From a virus (Duplodnaviria > Heunggongvirae > Uroviricota > Caudoviricetes): 34,170 nucleotides of DNA. Positions 1 through 8,741 of this stretch are shown here, piece after piece (position 1 is the stretch's first letter; each line of letters begins with the position of its first letter). The stretch lies in the IMG/VR virus record IMGVR_UViG_2706796290_000001, positions 1 through 34,170 of that record. One strand, given 5' to 3'. The notes under the pieces were generated by a model. The model saw only the letters and a program-made list of their open reading frames with translations. It had not been told where the DNA came from and ran no database searches. The position numbers and the translations under genes were made by a program.

Positions 1-45
1 CAAGCCAAATATCTTTAGGTATATACATTATTTACTCCAAGAGTT

Positions 46-744
46 TTAATTTAAGTAAGTTTTTATTAGCTCTTCTGCGCTAACTACACACATACCATAA
101 CCGAAGCAACCACCATAGTCAATAAAAAGTTGGTTACCTCTTAAAATTTTTCTTCCTCTGGTTACAGAATGACCATGTATCATCAAATCTACACCAGAAA
201 TTGGTTGAATTTCCTCCAAAGATTGAATTGTTGAACGCTCCCACATTAAAATATCCTGTAGTTCTCGTCCACATACCTTATGTTTTGCCTTGAGGTGGTA
301 AACCCCCTCATGGTATTCATTGTAAGGGTAATCTGCATGAGTTACTACAAACCGTTTACCGTGCACATCTATCTCAATGATCAAAGGTAGCTCAGCAAAG
401 ACTTTAGCAATGTTATACATAGCTTGACCATCTAATTGGTAAAACCAAGCACCACCATTATCAATATGGCATCGTGCATAACTCTCATTGTATAAACCTT
501 GAATGGCTAAGTCTTCATGGTTACCCCTTACAGATTCAAACCAATCCTCTTTTAATAATTGGATAACCTCTAGGTTTTGCTTCCCACGATCCACCAAATC
601 ACCAGTACAAATTAAGAGGTCTTCCTCAAAATTAAAGCCTTTTGACTGAAGAACTCCCATTAAAAGGTCCAAACACCCATGAATATCCCCACAGAACCAC
701 ACCTTACCCTTGCGAGGTTTCACTACTTTAACCAAATCAACCAT
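46..744 (-). CDS. Ser/Thr protein phosphatase (PPP-family metallophosphoesterase, lambda NinI/PphA-like)
   Basis: Motifs GDIHG, GDLVDRG, RGNHE and HGHS in canonical order; 232 aa. Confidence 0.92.
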   Translation of the reverse strand: MVDLVKVVKPRKGKVWFCGDIHGCLDLLMGVLQSKGFNFEEDLLICTGDLVDRGKQNLEVIQLLKEDWFESVRGNHEDLAIQGLYNESYARCHIDNGGAWFYQLDGQAMYNIAKVFAELPLIIEIDVHGKRFVVTHADYPYNEYHEGVYHLKAKHKVCGRELQDILMWERSTIQSLEEIQPISGVDLMIHGHSVTRGRKILRGNQLFIDYGGCFGYGMCVVSAEELIKTYLN

Positions 745-1180
745 TCAAGAACTCCTGATTTACTCGTTCGTCTTCACTCTTATAAGTAATAACTTCAACA
801 TGGTCATAAAAACCCCATTGCATCATAGTTTCAAGTTGATATTCACCAAATCCCGAATAACTATCTTCAAAAGAAACTATGGCAGAAAGTCTTTCTTTAA
901 ATTTCTTAAAATTTTCATCCCAGCCTATTTTTTGACGTATCATAACAGTCCGTGCTGAGATATACTCCATAACATCTTTATATTTATGTCTCTCCTCTTC
1001 GAAGTCTTTCATCATAGCGCACTCCACTCTTCTGTAATCATGAGAGAATATCTCAATCTCTTTGATTATAGGTTCAAGTGCCTCTTTCACCTTCTCAGCA
1101 ACCTCTCGATCACTCACAATGACAACGCTGACAGTATCTGGACCACTTCCTGACAGTAAAACCTCATGAATTTCACTCAT
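737..1180 (-). CDS. hypothetical protein, 147 aa
   Basis: ORF overlapping its neighbours in a tightly packed leftward operon; GAGGTGA SD upstream. Confidence 0.75.
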   Translation of the reverse strand: MSEIHEVLLSGSGPDTVSVVIVSDREVAEKVKEALEPIIKEIEIFSHDYRRVECAMMKDFEEERHKYKDVMEYISARTVMIRQKIGWDENFKKFKERLSAIVSFEDSYSGFGEYQLETMMQWGFYDHVEVITYKSEDERVNQEFLNG

Positions 1181-1389
1181 TTTTCACCTCTTTTAAATTT
1201 GTTAAAGATAGCTTGTTTATTCTCTAGGAAGAAACACACTAGAAATATCATTAAAAATGCAATTATTGGAACTAAAACAACACCACGAGATGCAATTATA
1301 AGACCAATTATGGCTAAAACAAAAGTTACTCCAAAAAAACTAATCGCAAAAATTGCAAAAGCCTTACTTAAAGGACCTTCTACATCCAT
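1177..1389 (-). CDS. small two-TM membrane protein, 70 aa
   Basis: Start moved to MDVEG (GGAGG SD); the track start would run through the terminator at 1421-1450; two hydrophobic segments. Confidence 0.7.
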   Translation of the reverse strand: MDVEGPLSKAFAIFAISFFGVTFVLAIIGLIIASRGVVLVPIIAFLMIFLVCFFLENKQAIFNKFKRGEK

Positions 1390-1420
1390 AAACACCTCCA
1401 AAACATAAAATTTAAGTAAT

Positions 1421-1450
1421 AAAAAACCCTGAAGGATTACCTTCAGGGTT
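1421..1450 (-). terminator. intrinsic terminator
   Basis: 11-bp stem AACCCTGAAGG/CCTTCAGGGTT, 4-nt loop, U-tract on the minus strand. Confidence 0.85.
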
Positions 1451-1465
1451 AATTTACCAGTTATC

Positions 1466-1882
1466 TTATTCAGAGTCAACTGATTTTGCTTTAGAAGCTC
1501 GTTTTGGTTGAGATTTTGTAGCTACTTCTGCTGGTTTTTGTTTTTCAACTTCCACTTCAACTTCTTTAGGAATCTCAGCTTGTTTTACTGGTTCTTCTTT
1601 TGGTTGTTCACCAACTTTGAATGCAGCATAAGCTAATGGAAAGTGTTTACTTACAAGATCATCTGTACCATTAACAAAAACAATGAAACGTGCACTAGAA
1701 CCTAATGCGATATTTCCTTGTGTTCTTGAAAGCACAGTTTCAGACAATTCAAATCCCCACTTGCTAAGCACAAGAAGATTCTGATTACTCTTGTGAAAAG
1801 AGTTTGAATAGACACTTACTTCGATTTTACCATCTTCAAGTCGTCTAAGTTTTGGTGCAAATGTTGTATTTAATTCGGACAT
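1466..1882 (-). CDS. hypothetical protein, 138 aa, K/E/P-rich C-terminal tail
   Basis: AAGGAG SD; followed by terminator. Confidence 0.75.
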   Translation of the reverse strand: MSELNTTFAPKLRRLEDGKIEVSVYSNSFHKSNQNLLVLSKWGFELSETVLSRTQGNIALGSSARFIVFVNGTDDLVSKHFPLAYAAFKVGEQPKEEPVKQAEIPKEVEVEVEKQKPAEVATKSQPKRASKAKSVDSE

Positions 1883-1892
1883 TAAGAACTCC

Positions 1893-2081
1893 TTAACCTT
1901 CTAATCCTTCACGTTTATTACTTCGCTTACTTTTTCGATCTAAAGTACGGGCTTTATCATTAAGTTTTCTCTGAAGTTTATCGCCAAGACCATAACCATC
2001 AGACATCTCAACACTAAGACCAAGACCATAACCATCTTTATAAGCTTTGCGTTTAGCCACGAATACACTCCTATGTGACAA
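1893..2081 (-). CDS. small basic protein with duplicated DGYGLG motif, 62 aa
   Basis: First ORF after the promoter at 2106-2133; 17-bp direct repeat at 1984-2000 and 2020-2036. Confidence 0.65.
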   Translation of the reverse strand: MSHRSVFVAKRKAYKDGYGLGLSVEMSDGYGLGDKLQRKLNDKARTLDRKSKRSNKREGLEG

Positions 2082-2105
2082 ATAAGTTACTTTACTACTT
2101 AAATA

Positions 2106-2133
2106 AGTTTACCACGTTTTAACAATGTGTCAA
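2106..2133 (-). promoter_or_regulatory. sigma70-type promoter, extended -10
   Basis: Minus strand TTGACA-N16-TAAACT with TGn before the -10. Confidence 0.75.
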
Positions 2134-2137
2134 CTAT

Positions 2138-2374
2138 TTATTCCTCTTCATCATCTCCACCGTATCCAAATCTTGAATTAAAGAAACATTCTACAAGTGT
2201 GCATATGATGTTGTATATGATAATTGAGAGAATTCCCACTGTCAAGATACTTTGATCAAATCCCCACCCAACGAAATCCAAGGCAAAGAGTAAGCACTTA
2301 GTTATAACAGCAGATAAAAATATAATACAAAAGTTTAAAACCAAATAGAGTAGTTGCAAACTAGACTCACTCAT
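2138..2374 (-). CDS. membrane protein, 78 aa
   Basis: Two hydrophobic segments; AAGGAGG SD. Confidence 0.7.
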   Translation of the reverse strand: MSESSLQLLYLVLNFCIIFLSAVITKCLLFALDFVGWGFDQSILTVGILSIIIYNIICTLVECFFNSRFGYGGDDEEE

Positions 2375-2397
2375 AACACCTCCTTGTGAGGATAACC

Positions 2398-2607
2398 TCA
2401 GATCTCTTCCAAGTCATCATAGCCTGTTAGGAGTTTCTCAGATGGCATTTCTTCCACAGATAACTCCCCACATTTTGAACATTCTAAGGTTATTACAGGC
2501 ATCTCTATCCCAAATAACTCATTGAATTCCTTACCACTTTCCTTAAAAATCAAAACACCAGAACCTTTACAGGACCCATTGGTGTGTTTTACAGGTTTAT
2601 CTTTCAT
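2398..2607 (-). CDS. hypothetical protein with CxxC, 69 aa
   Basis: Start moved to MKDKPV, downstream of the terminator at 2622-2643; CSKC motif. Confidence 0.6.
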   Translation of the reverse strand: MKDKPVKHTNGSCKGSGVLIFKESGKEFNELFGIEMPVITLECSKCGELSVEEMPSEKLLTGYDDLEEI

Positions 2608-2621
2608 AAACACCATCCATG

Positions 2622-2643
2622 AAAAAGAGGGCACTAAGCCCTC
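2622..2643 (-). terminator. intrinsic terminator
   Basis: GAGGGC/GCCCTC stem with U5 tract on the minus strand. Confidence 0.7.
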
Positions 2644-2652
2644 AATTTTTAA

Positions 2653-3033
2653 TTAAATATCATACCGAACTCTAATTATCTCACGCTTATCAAGATCTGT
2701 CAAGATACCATAAGCATAACAATTATTCTGTATGTAATTGTCAACAGTTTGAATATTGAAGGATACCCACCTTGGTGACTTACCCTCACTAATTGTACAC
2801 AATAAGCAACTACCATTTCGTATGTGTAGAACAGTCAACATTCCTTCAATACTAACCATCCAGTGTGTAGCAGATTCTAAGTGCTCTTTACGACCCACAA
2901 ATGTTCGAACAACAGATGAATGGACACTTTTCATCTGAATGGCACCTAGAAAGCTGTTGTGCATGACTAATCTAGGTTTCCCACACTGGTATTGACCATT
3001 GTTATAGCTAGTTACACCCTTTAAAGCCATCAT
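2653..3033 (-). CDS. hypothetical protein, about 126 aa
   Basis: Start moved to MMALKG (ATGA overlap with the upstream stop, GGGGTGG SD); an internal start at MKSVH is also possible. Confidence 0.6.
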   Translation of the reverse strand: MMALKGVTSYNNGQYQCGKPRLVMHNSFLGAIQMKSVHSSVVRTFVGRKEHLESATHWMVSIEGMLTVLHIRNGSCLLCTISEGKSPRWVSFNIQTVDNYIQNNCYAYGILTDLDKREIIRVRYDI

Positions 3034-3116
3034 CCACCCCAAATTGTTATACAAACCATAAGGACAGTATAACAAACAATTCCTGTACAGACAACAAGAG
3101 CAGTATATTTATTCAA
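3030..3116 (-). CDS. single-TM microprotein, 28 aa (MNKYTALVVCTGIVCYTVLMVCITIWGG)
   Basis: TTG start overlaps the upstream TGA; its stop overlaps the next ATG; not in the ORF track. Confidence 0.5.
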   Translation of the reverse strand: MNKYTALVVCTGIVCYTVLMVCITIWGG

Positions 3117-3229
3117 AATAAAAACCCCCACATTAGTTGAAGTAGTTTAAACCCAACAAAGGCAAAACCTCCCATAATAACCGATATCACAAGCATACCT
3201 ATAATCATCACAACTATTTTCCAGTTCAT
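3113..3229 (-). CDS. membrane microprotein, 38 aa (MNWKIVVMIIGMLVISVIMGGFAFVGFKLLQLMWGFLF)
   Basis: AGGGGA SD; fills the gap between neighbours; not in the ORF track. Confidence 0.65.
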   Translation of the reverse strand: MNWKIVVMIIGMLVISVIMGGFAFVGFKLLQLMWGFLF

Positions 3230-3230
3230 G

Positions 3231-3464
3231 TTAATCCCCTTTAGTTGTACCTACATTCTTACCACATAAGAATGCATAAAGCATGACAGGTGCCCAGAAG
3301 AACATAACAAATATGATTATCAGTGATAAAGCAAATGAATTAACAGCTTGTTTTTTCTGTGCTCGATCCAACTTAATCATAACTGCCAGCTTACCAGCAT
3401 TAAAGCAACCGTACATCAGATATAAAGAAACTAAAAAACTTAACGTGTCAGTATTGATCATCAA
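3231..3464 (-). CDS. membrane protein, 77 aa
   Basis: Two hydrophobic segments; GGAG SD. Confidence 0.7.
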   Translation of the reverse strand: MMINTDTLSFLVSLYLMYGCFNAGKLAVMIKLDRAQKKQAVNSFALSLIIIFVMFFWAPVMLYAFLCGKNVGTTKGD

Positions 3465-3478
3465 TTATCTCCAAAAGA

Positions 3479-3775
3479 TTAATGTTTATGTATGAAGTTT
3501 AAATCACCTAGATTTTTAATGCAAGCATCAATTGTAGCTTGTACACGCTTGTCTAAGGCTTCTAAATCATTTAAGTCACTAGATATTACCTCCATGAACT
3601 TAACACGCTCTAAACAAGCCTTAACAGTCGAGAAATAACCTATAGGTGTTCTTCGAATTTCACCCTCTTGCTTTCCACTTTTTGCAATACTTAAGCTGTA
3701 CAAGATGAAATTCATATCATCCGAACCTAAAGCATAACCTACTTGATCTTTTGTAGGTTCTTTTAACACCTTCAT
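3479..3775 (-). CDS. hypothetical protein, 98 aa
   Basis: AAGGAG SD; operon packing. Confidence 0.75.
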   Translation of the reverse strand: MKVLKEPTKDQVGYALGSDDMNFILYSLSIAKSGKQEGEIRRTPIGYFSTVKACLERVKFMEVISSDLNDLEALDKRVQATIDACIKNLGDLNFIHKH

Positions 3776-3820
3776 CTTACTCTCCTTGTAAAAATCTTTC
3801 AGGCAGTTGATATGGAATCA

Positions 3821-4192
3821 TTATAAACCTCCAAGGTGTCCTGATTTATGAATTAATTCTGATACAAAACCTTTCAACTCTTCCGATACCTGACCAGACT
3901 CTAATCTCTTCTTATAAGAAACCTCAAGGTCAGAAATAGTGACTCTATGTAAATCTTTATACACTGTGTCATGTTCTCCATAATAACCATACCACAATCT
4001 ACAAGCATATACTATAAAGAAATCTACATCTGTTTTTTTAGATATCTCAACATTGTTTCCATCTCTTGGTTGCGCCCACTTCCAACCAAGACCATGAATT
4101 AATGCAAGTATGTAAAGCTTTTCACTAGGTTTCATACCCTGAACAACAATTAATTGATCATCATTCACACAACTTCTCCCAACAAGAATCAA
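3821..4192 (-). CDS. hypothetical protein, 123 aa
   Basis: ORF in the leftward operon. Confidence 0.65.
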   Translation of the reverse strand: MILVGRSCVNDDQLIVVQGMKPSEKLYILALIHGLGWKWAQPRDGNNVEISKKTDVDFFIVYACRLWYGYYGEHDTVYKDLHRVTISDLEVSYKKRLESGQVSEELKGFVSELIHKSGHLGGL

Positions 4193-4451
4193 ACCACTCA
4201 GACTTAGCTACAAAGTAACCTTTTCCATCATACATAATGTAATCACCCATATTAGCAATCTGTAATCCATACTCTGGATCAGTGAATTCAAACTCACGTA
4301 TATCACATGTGGTTATTGCCGAAGGCTTATATACACCACCAACTTCCATCCAAAGTGCTAGAGTAGCAATGTCGGTGGAGGAACCACCAAACATTACCGC
4401 AATAACAACCTTACCACTTACCTTGTTCTTACAACGTTTGGCAGTTCTCAT
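4161..4451 (-). CDS. conserved-type phage protein, 96 aa (AxxGDYI...F...WE pattern)
   Basis: Start moved to MRTAK (GGAG SD); C-terminal pattern recalls a widespread uncharacterised phage family. Confidence 0.6.
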   Translation of the reverse strand: MRTAKRCKNKVSGKVVIAVMFGGSSTDIATLALWMEVGGVYKPSAITTCDIREFEFTDPEYGLQIANMGDYIMYDGKGYFVAKSEWFDSCWEKLCE

Positions 4452-4453
4452 TA

Positions 4454-4726
4454 TTAAGCTCCAGATACTTGGTTTTCGGTGCACCACTCTTTCATGTCAG
4501 TTTTGGTAATAGTTGCACTATCCACATCAATCGTAATCAGGTCGTAACCTTCAGGCTCATTTCTGGTGTACTGTTCTTTGTAAACACCATCACGGAATAG
4601 TCGATTTAACTGTAGGGCATTTTTCAGTGCACCCAAAGAGGTCCAGCATTTACCATTTTTTGTCACAGTCATACCAGCAGCTAGGTACTTACCGTTCTTT
4701 TTACCACGAATCATGTAAATTTTCAT
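4454..4726 (-). CDS. hypothetical protein, 90 aa
   Basis: GGAG SD; operon packing. Confidence 0.72.
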   Translation of the reverse strand: MKIYMIRGKKNGKYLAAGMTVTKNGKCWTSLGALKNALQLNRLFRDGVYKEQYTRNEPEGYDLITIDVDSATITKTDMKEWCTENQVSGA

Positions 4727-4741
4727 AATTACTCCAAAATA

Positions 4742-5206
4742 TCAATGAAAAATAACTGCTACTAACCCTATTACCAACAGAACTGACATACATATTGCAA
4801 AAATCTGGAATGCATCAGTTCTACAATAGTATCCTAACACACCCTTCCATCCACGAGCAAGAGCAACATCAAAGTTTTTAACTTGAAACTTGCACTTGTA
4901 TGCATCATTTCTACGAACCGTACATGAACCATAGCTATAATCGATGTCGTAATCTTTGAGAGGTGAATTTCCAACATCTCGATAGAGATCCCTCCCATCA
5001 TAACTTTCAAAGTCAAAACGAACATTCATCAGGTCTTCAAACTCAATGACATGCTTAATGAACTGCTTTTTAAGGAAAGCTTTTTTATCCTCTTCATCTT
5101 GCTGGACCTTTTTCTCAGTAGCTACCTTTTGCATGTGTTCATGATACCACTCAGGTTTTTGTTCCTCTTCTTTCATCTTTTTCTTCACAAGATTCTTGAT
5201 CATCAA
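4742..5206 (-). CDS. hypothetical protein with charged N-terminus and C-terminal TM anchor, 154 aa
   Basis: Hydrophobic C-terminal 22 aa; GGAGG SD. Confidence 0.72.
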   Translation of the reverse strand: MMIKNLVKKKMKEEEQKPEWYHEHMQKVATEKKVQQDEEDKKAFLKKQFIKHVIEFEDLMNVRFDFESYDGRDLYRDVGNSPLKDYDIDYSYGSCTVRRNDAYKCKFQVKNFDVALARGWKGVLGYYCRTDAFQIFAICMSVLLVIGLVAVIFH

Positions 5207-5342
5207 GTGCTTCCTCCAAATCCTGTCTTACAATACCCTCATCATAACCCAGCTTAACATCTTTCTTTTTATCCCGAAAGGTCTTAGGCTGGTTAAATTT
5301 GTGAAGATTTTTCGCTACAGGGTTCCTATAACCTTTAGCCAT
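5151..5342 (-). CDS. small basic phage protein (NPVAK...FRDKKK pattern), 63 aa
   Basis: The motif recalls a common small phage protein; coupled to the upstream stop. Confidence 0.65.
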   Translation of the reverse strand: MAKGYRNPVAKNLHKFNQPKTFRDKKKDVKLGYDEGIVRQDLEEALDDQESCEEKDERRGTKT

Positions 5343-5554
5343 TAGATTAAGTGCTCAAATCTAAGGTATTCATAAACCTTTTCACCATTTAGTGTAACTT
5401 CACCAACACTACCAACAATTTCAATCTGAAGGACATTATCACCTTTACTCAAGGTGTGCACCTCCATCTTACCACAACGTACAGACTGGATGTTGTCTGC
5501 ACTTTTAAACTCATCAATCAAACCGAAAAGTTTATATTCATCATAAGTTTGCAT
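5342..5554 (-). CDS. hypothetical protein, 70 aa
   Basis: GGAG SD; operon packing. Confidence 0.65.
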   Translation of the reverse strand: MQTYDEYKLFGLIDEFKSADNIQSVRCGKMEVHTLSKGDNVLQIEIVGSVGEVTLNGEKVYEYLRFEHLI

Positions 5555-5693
5555 AGATAGTTATTAACTCCAAAATAATAATAAAAATAAACATCATAAG
5601 TAAAAACTGTTTGAAATTCCTACTTACCATAATAGCCATACCAAAAAAGCAAGCATTTAAGGCCAACATCAATACAAAACCTAAAAGTGTCAT
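5541..5693 (-). CDS. two-TM microprotein, 50 aa (MTLLGFVLMLALNACFFGMAIMVSRNFKQFLLMMFIFIIILELITIYANL)
   Basis: ATGA overlap with the upstream stop; fills the gap exactly; not in the ORF track. Confidence 0.65.
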   Translation of the reverse strand: MTLLGFVLMLALNACFFGMAIMVSRNFKQFLLMMFIFIIILELITIYANL

Positions 5694-6178
5694 TTCTTGT
5701 ATTCCTCTATAGCCTCCTGAAGTGTTGGGTATACAATGTAGTAAATATACTGAGAGAAACTTCTAAAGTCATCGTACCACTCTTGAAATGACTCTTCTTT
5801 ATAATTGAACCATTTATCAAGAACTCGCTTAGCTTCTAAACTAACATAAACACTTGACGATACCCCTGAAGTATCTAACAACTCCAAAACCTTCATGTCT
5901 TGCTCATACTTAACACGTTTAGCTTTAGCATATTGTCGAAACCGAGATTGTTGACCCGTGTAAATTTTCAAACGCTTCAAGGATTTCTTACCCCACTCAA
6001 TACCTAAGAAGCTATGTTGGTAAACAGCACATTCTTCATATGACAACTTTTCCATCACCTCAAAGAACTTTGCACGATCCTCAAGGTACTTCTTGAGGTT
6101 TTTTATCGCTTCTTTCTGCATGTAGCTAATACTAGTGCTTGTCAAATTGACAAACCCTACAGGATTAAATTCAGACAT
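5690..6178 (-). CDS. hypothetical protein, 162 aa
   Basis: GGAG SD; long ORF. Confidence 0.75.
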   Translation of the reverse strand: MSEFNPVGFVNLTSTSISYMQKEAIKNLKKYLEDRAKFFEVMEKLSYEECAVYQHSFLGIEWGKKSLKRLKIYTGQQSRFRQYAKAKRVKYEQDMKVLELLDTSGVSSSVYVSLEAKRVLDKWFNYKEESFQEWYDDFRSFSQYIYYIVYPTLQEAIEEYKK

Positions 6179-6191
6179 CTAAACTCTCCTA

Positions 6192-6572
6192 TTATTTATA
6201 ATTAACTTTAGTTACTTCAACCTTTTCAATATCGCCACCAGCACCATGAGTGTAGAAATCACTAATGGTAACAGCGAGTTGCACAATATCCGAAAGTTTT
6301 CCTTGATATACACCAAGTTTTGGACGATGGTGATAACCACCAAAATCACAGTTTGGGTCCTCTCCATACACAGTCCACAAACCTTCTTCATCCAGAGAGT
6401 GCTTCTTTAACAACCTTTTCCCAGCATAACTACCAAGCCAACCTTTTGCTTTCTTGTCATGCTTATACTTCTCAGATTCCTCATATCTAAGAGCTTCTTC
6501 AGGCGTGCTAAACTCTTTACCATCATCTGCAACATAAATAGTTTTAACGTGCATTTTATCCTCACTAATCAA
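6192..6572 (-). CDS. phage protein with YxxxDGKxFxTxEEA motif, 126 aa
   Basis: N-terminal YVADDGKEFSTPEEALRYE pattern common in phage hypotheticals. Confidence 0.7.
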   Translation of the reverse strand: MISEDKMHVKTIYVADDGKEFSTPEEALRYEESEKYKHDKKAKGWLGSYAGKRLLKKHSLDEEGLWTVYGEDPNCDFGGYHHRPKLGVYQGKLSDIVQLAVTISDFYTHGAGGDIEKVEVTKVNYK

Positions 6573-6582
6573 TATCTTTCAA

Positions 6583-7809
6583 CTAATCTTTGTTTAACCA
6601 ATCTCTAAACAAACTATACATACGTTTTGATGCTATTGCAAGCACAATTTTCTCACCTTTACGTATTCTTGAACGCCAAACCCATTGAAGCATCTCCGAC
6701 AAGGCAAAAACCTCACGGGAAATCGGATATCCATAATCTTGGAGGTATGACTCCACACTAACCATCGGGTAACGATCATAACAGTGCACTAAAACTGACT
6801 TGTCAGCATAATCATTAGTTGCTCTTGTCTGAACAGGTAACCAACAGTAACTCCAAGAGCCATCGTTACTTCTTTTACGGTAATAACCTTTTGGTTTAAC
6901 TAAGTTTTTACTTCCAACATGTCTTTCTTTTGGTATTGTGTACATTAAATCATCTGGTGTGGCTTTATACTTCATGGCAACACTTCTAATGTATTTACCA
7001 ACCACATCAAGTTGAGCCTGACTAGCTCTTTTATACCAACTACTTGACAAACCAGTGGAAATTGACAAGTCAGCCCTAGGTTCAACCAATTCAATTAAAT
7101 CACGAATGGTGTCTTTAGATGTCTTCGTTACCTCAATTTCTCTAAAAGGTTTAGATTCAACACCCTTCAACCTTAAGAAACGATCTAAAATGTTACCTTC
7201 AAACATATAAGTGAGGATAACCACCCTTTTAGCCACTGTCATTAACCTGATAGGTAGTTGAGTCACCATCATTAAATTACTTCTCTTGGCAACATAAAGG
7301 CACTGACTATCACAATACTGCTTCAACATGTAATATTTATGAGCTTTCCCAACTGGCTGGTCGCACACCCAAGATAGCATACCATCATGTGGATCTACTG
7401 AAACTTTCTCATTCGAGTACAACCACTTATAATCATCTATGGAATACTTATCAAAACCTTCGATAACATTGATCTCCTCGTCAATCACAACGGTGTAGCC
7501 ATGATATTCAACAAGGTCTAAGTGCTCGTTGGTCAGGGACATGTACAGGCTATGCGTACAAGCAATATTTTCACCATTACTTAGAAGTTCAAGTAAGTGC
7601 TCCGATTTAGTATCATGATCTTCAGTGGTTGGGTAGGAGAATGATATACGGCTAACCGCTTGGGATAACCTTCCACCATCACCCACCTCAGAGAGTAAAG
7701 GAGAAACATAAATATATTTCTCTTCATGGTACTTTTCCATCCACTTAATAATTCCAGTGGTTTTATGTGAACCCATAATAGAATCAAGAACTTCAATTAC
7801 CTCAGCCAT
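6583..7809 (-). CDS. SF2 helicase-like P-loop protein, 408 aa (possible origin-binding protein)
   Basis: Walker A-like LDSIMGSHKTT, Walker B VVIDEE, C-terminal QWVWRSRIR resembling SF2 motif VI. Confidence 0.7.
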   Translation of the reverse strand: MAEVIEVLDSIMGSHKTTGIIKWMEKYHEEKYIYVSPLLSEVGDGGRLSQAVSRISFSYPTTEDHDTKSEHLLELLSNGENIACTHSLYMSLTNEHLDLVEYHGYTVVIDEEINVIEGFDKYSIDDYKWLYSNEKVSVDPHDGMLSWVCDQPVGKAHKYYMLKQYCDSQCLYVAKRSNLMMVTQLPIRLMTVAKRVVILTYMFEGNILDRFLRLKGVESKPFREIEVTKTSKDTIRDLIELVEPRADLSISTGLSSSWYKRASQAQLDVVGKYIRSVAMKYKATPDDLMYTIPKERHVGSKNLVKPKGYYRKRSNDGSWSYCWLPVQTRATNDYADKSVLVHCYDRYPMVSVESYLQDYGYPISREVFALSEMLQWVWRSRIRKGEKIVLAIASKRMYSLFRDWLNKD

Positions 7810-8022
7810 TTAATCTCCAAAATATTCACGTAGTGTATCTATCCAATACTGATTATACTTCAAGTCATACTCTATTTCTGCAACCTCACGGGCAGTAAAC
7901 CACCAAACACCATTCTCATTACATGTGTTTTCTACAACAAAATCACCATCCGAGTTTTTATAACAAATAAAAATTAAATCTAAACCTTCGTGATAAAAGG
8001 CATGTTTCTTAGCTTTTTCCAT
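7810..8022 (-). CDS. hypothetical protein, 70 aa
   Basis: Start moved to MEKAK (GGAGG SD). Confidence 0.65.
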   Translation of the reverse strand: MEKAKKHAFYHEGLDLIFICYKNSDGDFVVENTCNENGVWWFTAREVAEIEYDLKYNQYWIDTLREYFGD

Positions 8023-8261
8023 CACACATCCTCCACTTTGCAATTCGGTGAAATGTGGTTTTCTAGTTTGTCTAGTGTTTCCAATTCGCCCAAATCCGAG
8101 GGTTTATCAATACAGCCAATGAGGTTTTCTGTGTTGGAATCGTCACTTATCAACTCTAAAAAGTTCTCATTAAGAACTTTTTCAAACTCTGGATGCAATT
8201 CTTGCAAACTCCCAATTGGCTTGGGCATAGTGGGCATGTCAATATCACTAAACTCACTCAT
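8022..8261 (-). CDS. acidic hypothetical protein, 79 aa
   Basis: Start moved to MSEFS (AAGGAG SD). Confidence 0.65.
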   Translation of the reverse strand: MSEFSDIDMPTMPKPIGSLQELHPEFEKVLNENFLELISDDSNTENLIGCIDKPSDLGELETLDKLENHISPNCKVEDV

Positions 8262-8517
8262 GGCTGGCTCCTTCCAAACTTTCCAAGTTCTTTTCTTCAA
8301 CCCAGATTAGGCCTTCTCCAGTTTCAACCTGCCAAGAATCATCATTGTGTGGATGCGGTCTAACAGCAGTAACTACATTTCCTGCAAACTCTAATGTGCC
8401 GCGCGATTTAAGGACCTCATCGACTTCAACCAAGCGGTATTGCTTCATTGATTTGATTGATGAGCCGTCTTTGTCTTGTGCTAGCAAGTGAATTGTTTTA
8501 TGTGTATTTGATTTCAT
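8254..8517 (-). CDS. hypothetical protein, 87 aa
   Basis: Start overlaps the upstream stop. Confidence 0.65.
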   Translation of the reverse strand: MKSNTHKTIHLLAQDKDGSSIKSMKQYRLVEVDEVLKSRGTLEFAGNVVTAVRPHPHNDDSWQVETGEGLIWVEEKNLESLEGASHE

Positions 8518-8741
8518 TTTTTTATCGTCCGAATCATGATTGCAAAGGGAATTAGGAATGGAGCCACAATCAGGCAGATAATTCCAAGCACCCCAATCAG
8601 TAAAAGTTTTGTGGCGTATGCAAAGTCACGGAATGCTTGTTTATAGAACTGCCCCGCATTGCTAAACTCATGCCATTCATGTGTATAAAGCTCTTTAAAA
8701 TCCTTTAGTGTGGCTTTCACCTCATTCTTGAATTTACTCAT
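8514..8741 (-). CDS. hypothetical protein with C-terminal TM, 75 aa
   Basis: Start moved to MSKFK (GGAGG SD). Confidence 0.65.
   Translation of the reverse strand: MSKFKNEVKATLKDFKELYTHEWHEFSNAGQFYKQAFRDFAYATKLLLIGVLGIICLIVAPFLIPFAIMIRTIKK

Noticed and set aside
710-5257. Plus-strand ORFs inside the leftward operon (e.g. 710-958, 1166-1408, 2756-2938, 4282-4509, 5051-5257)
   Set aside because: Antisense shadows of better-supported minus-strand genes.
6139-6153. Palindrome TTGTCAAATTGACAA with -35 hexamers on both strands
   Set aside because: It lies in coding sequence and has no suitably spaced -10 on either side.
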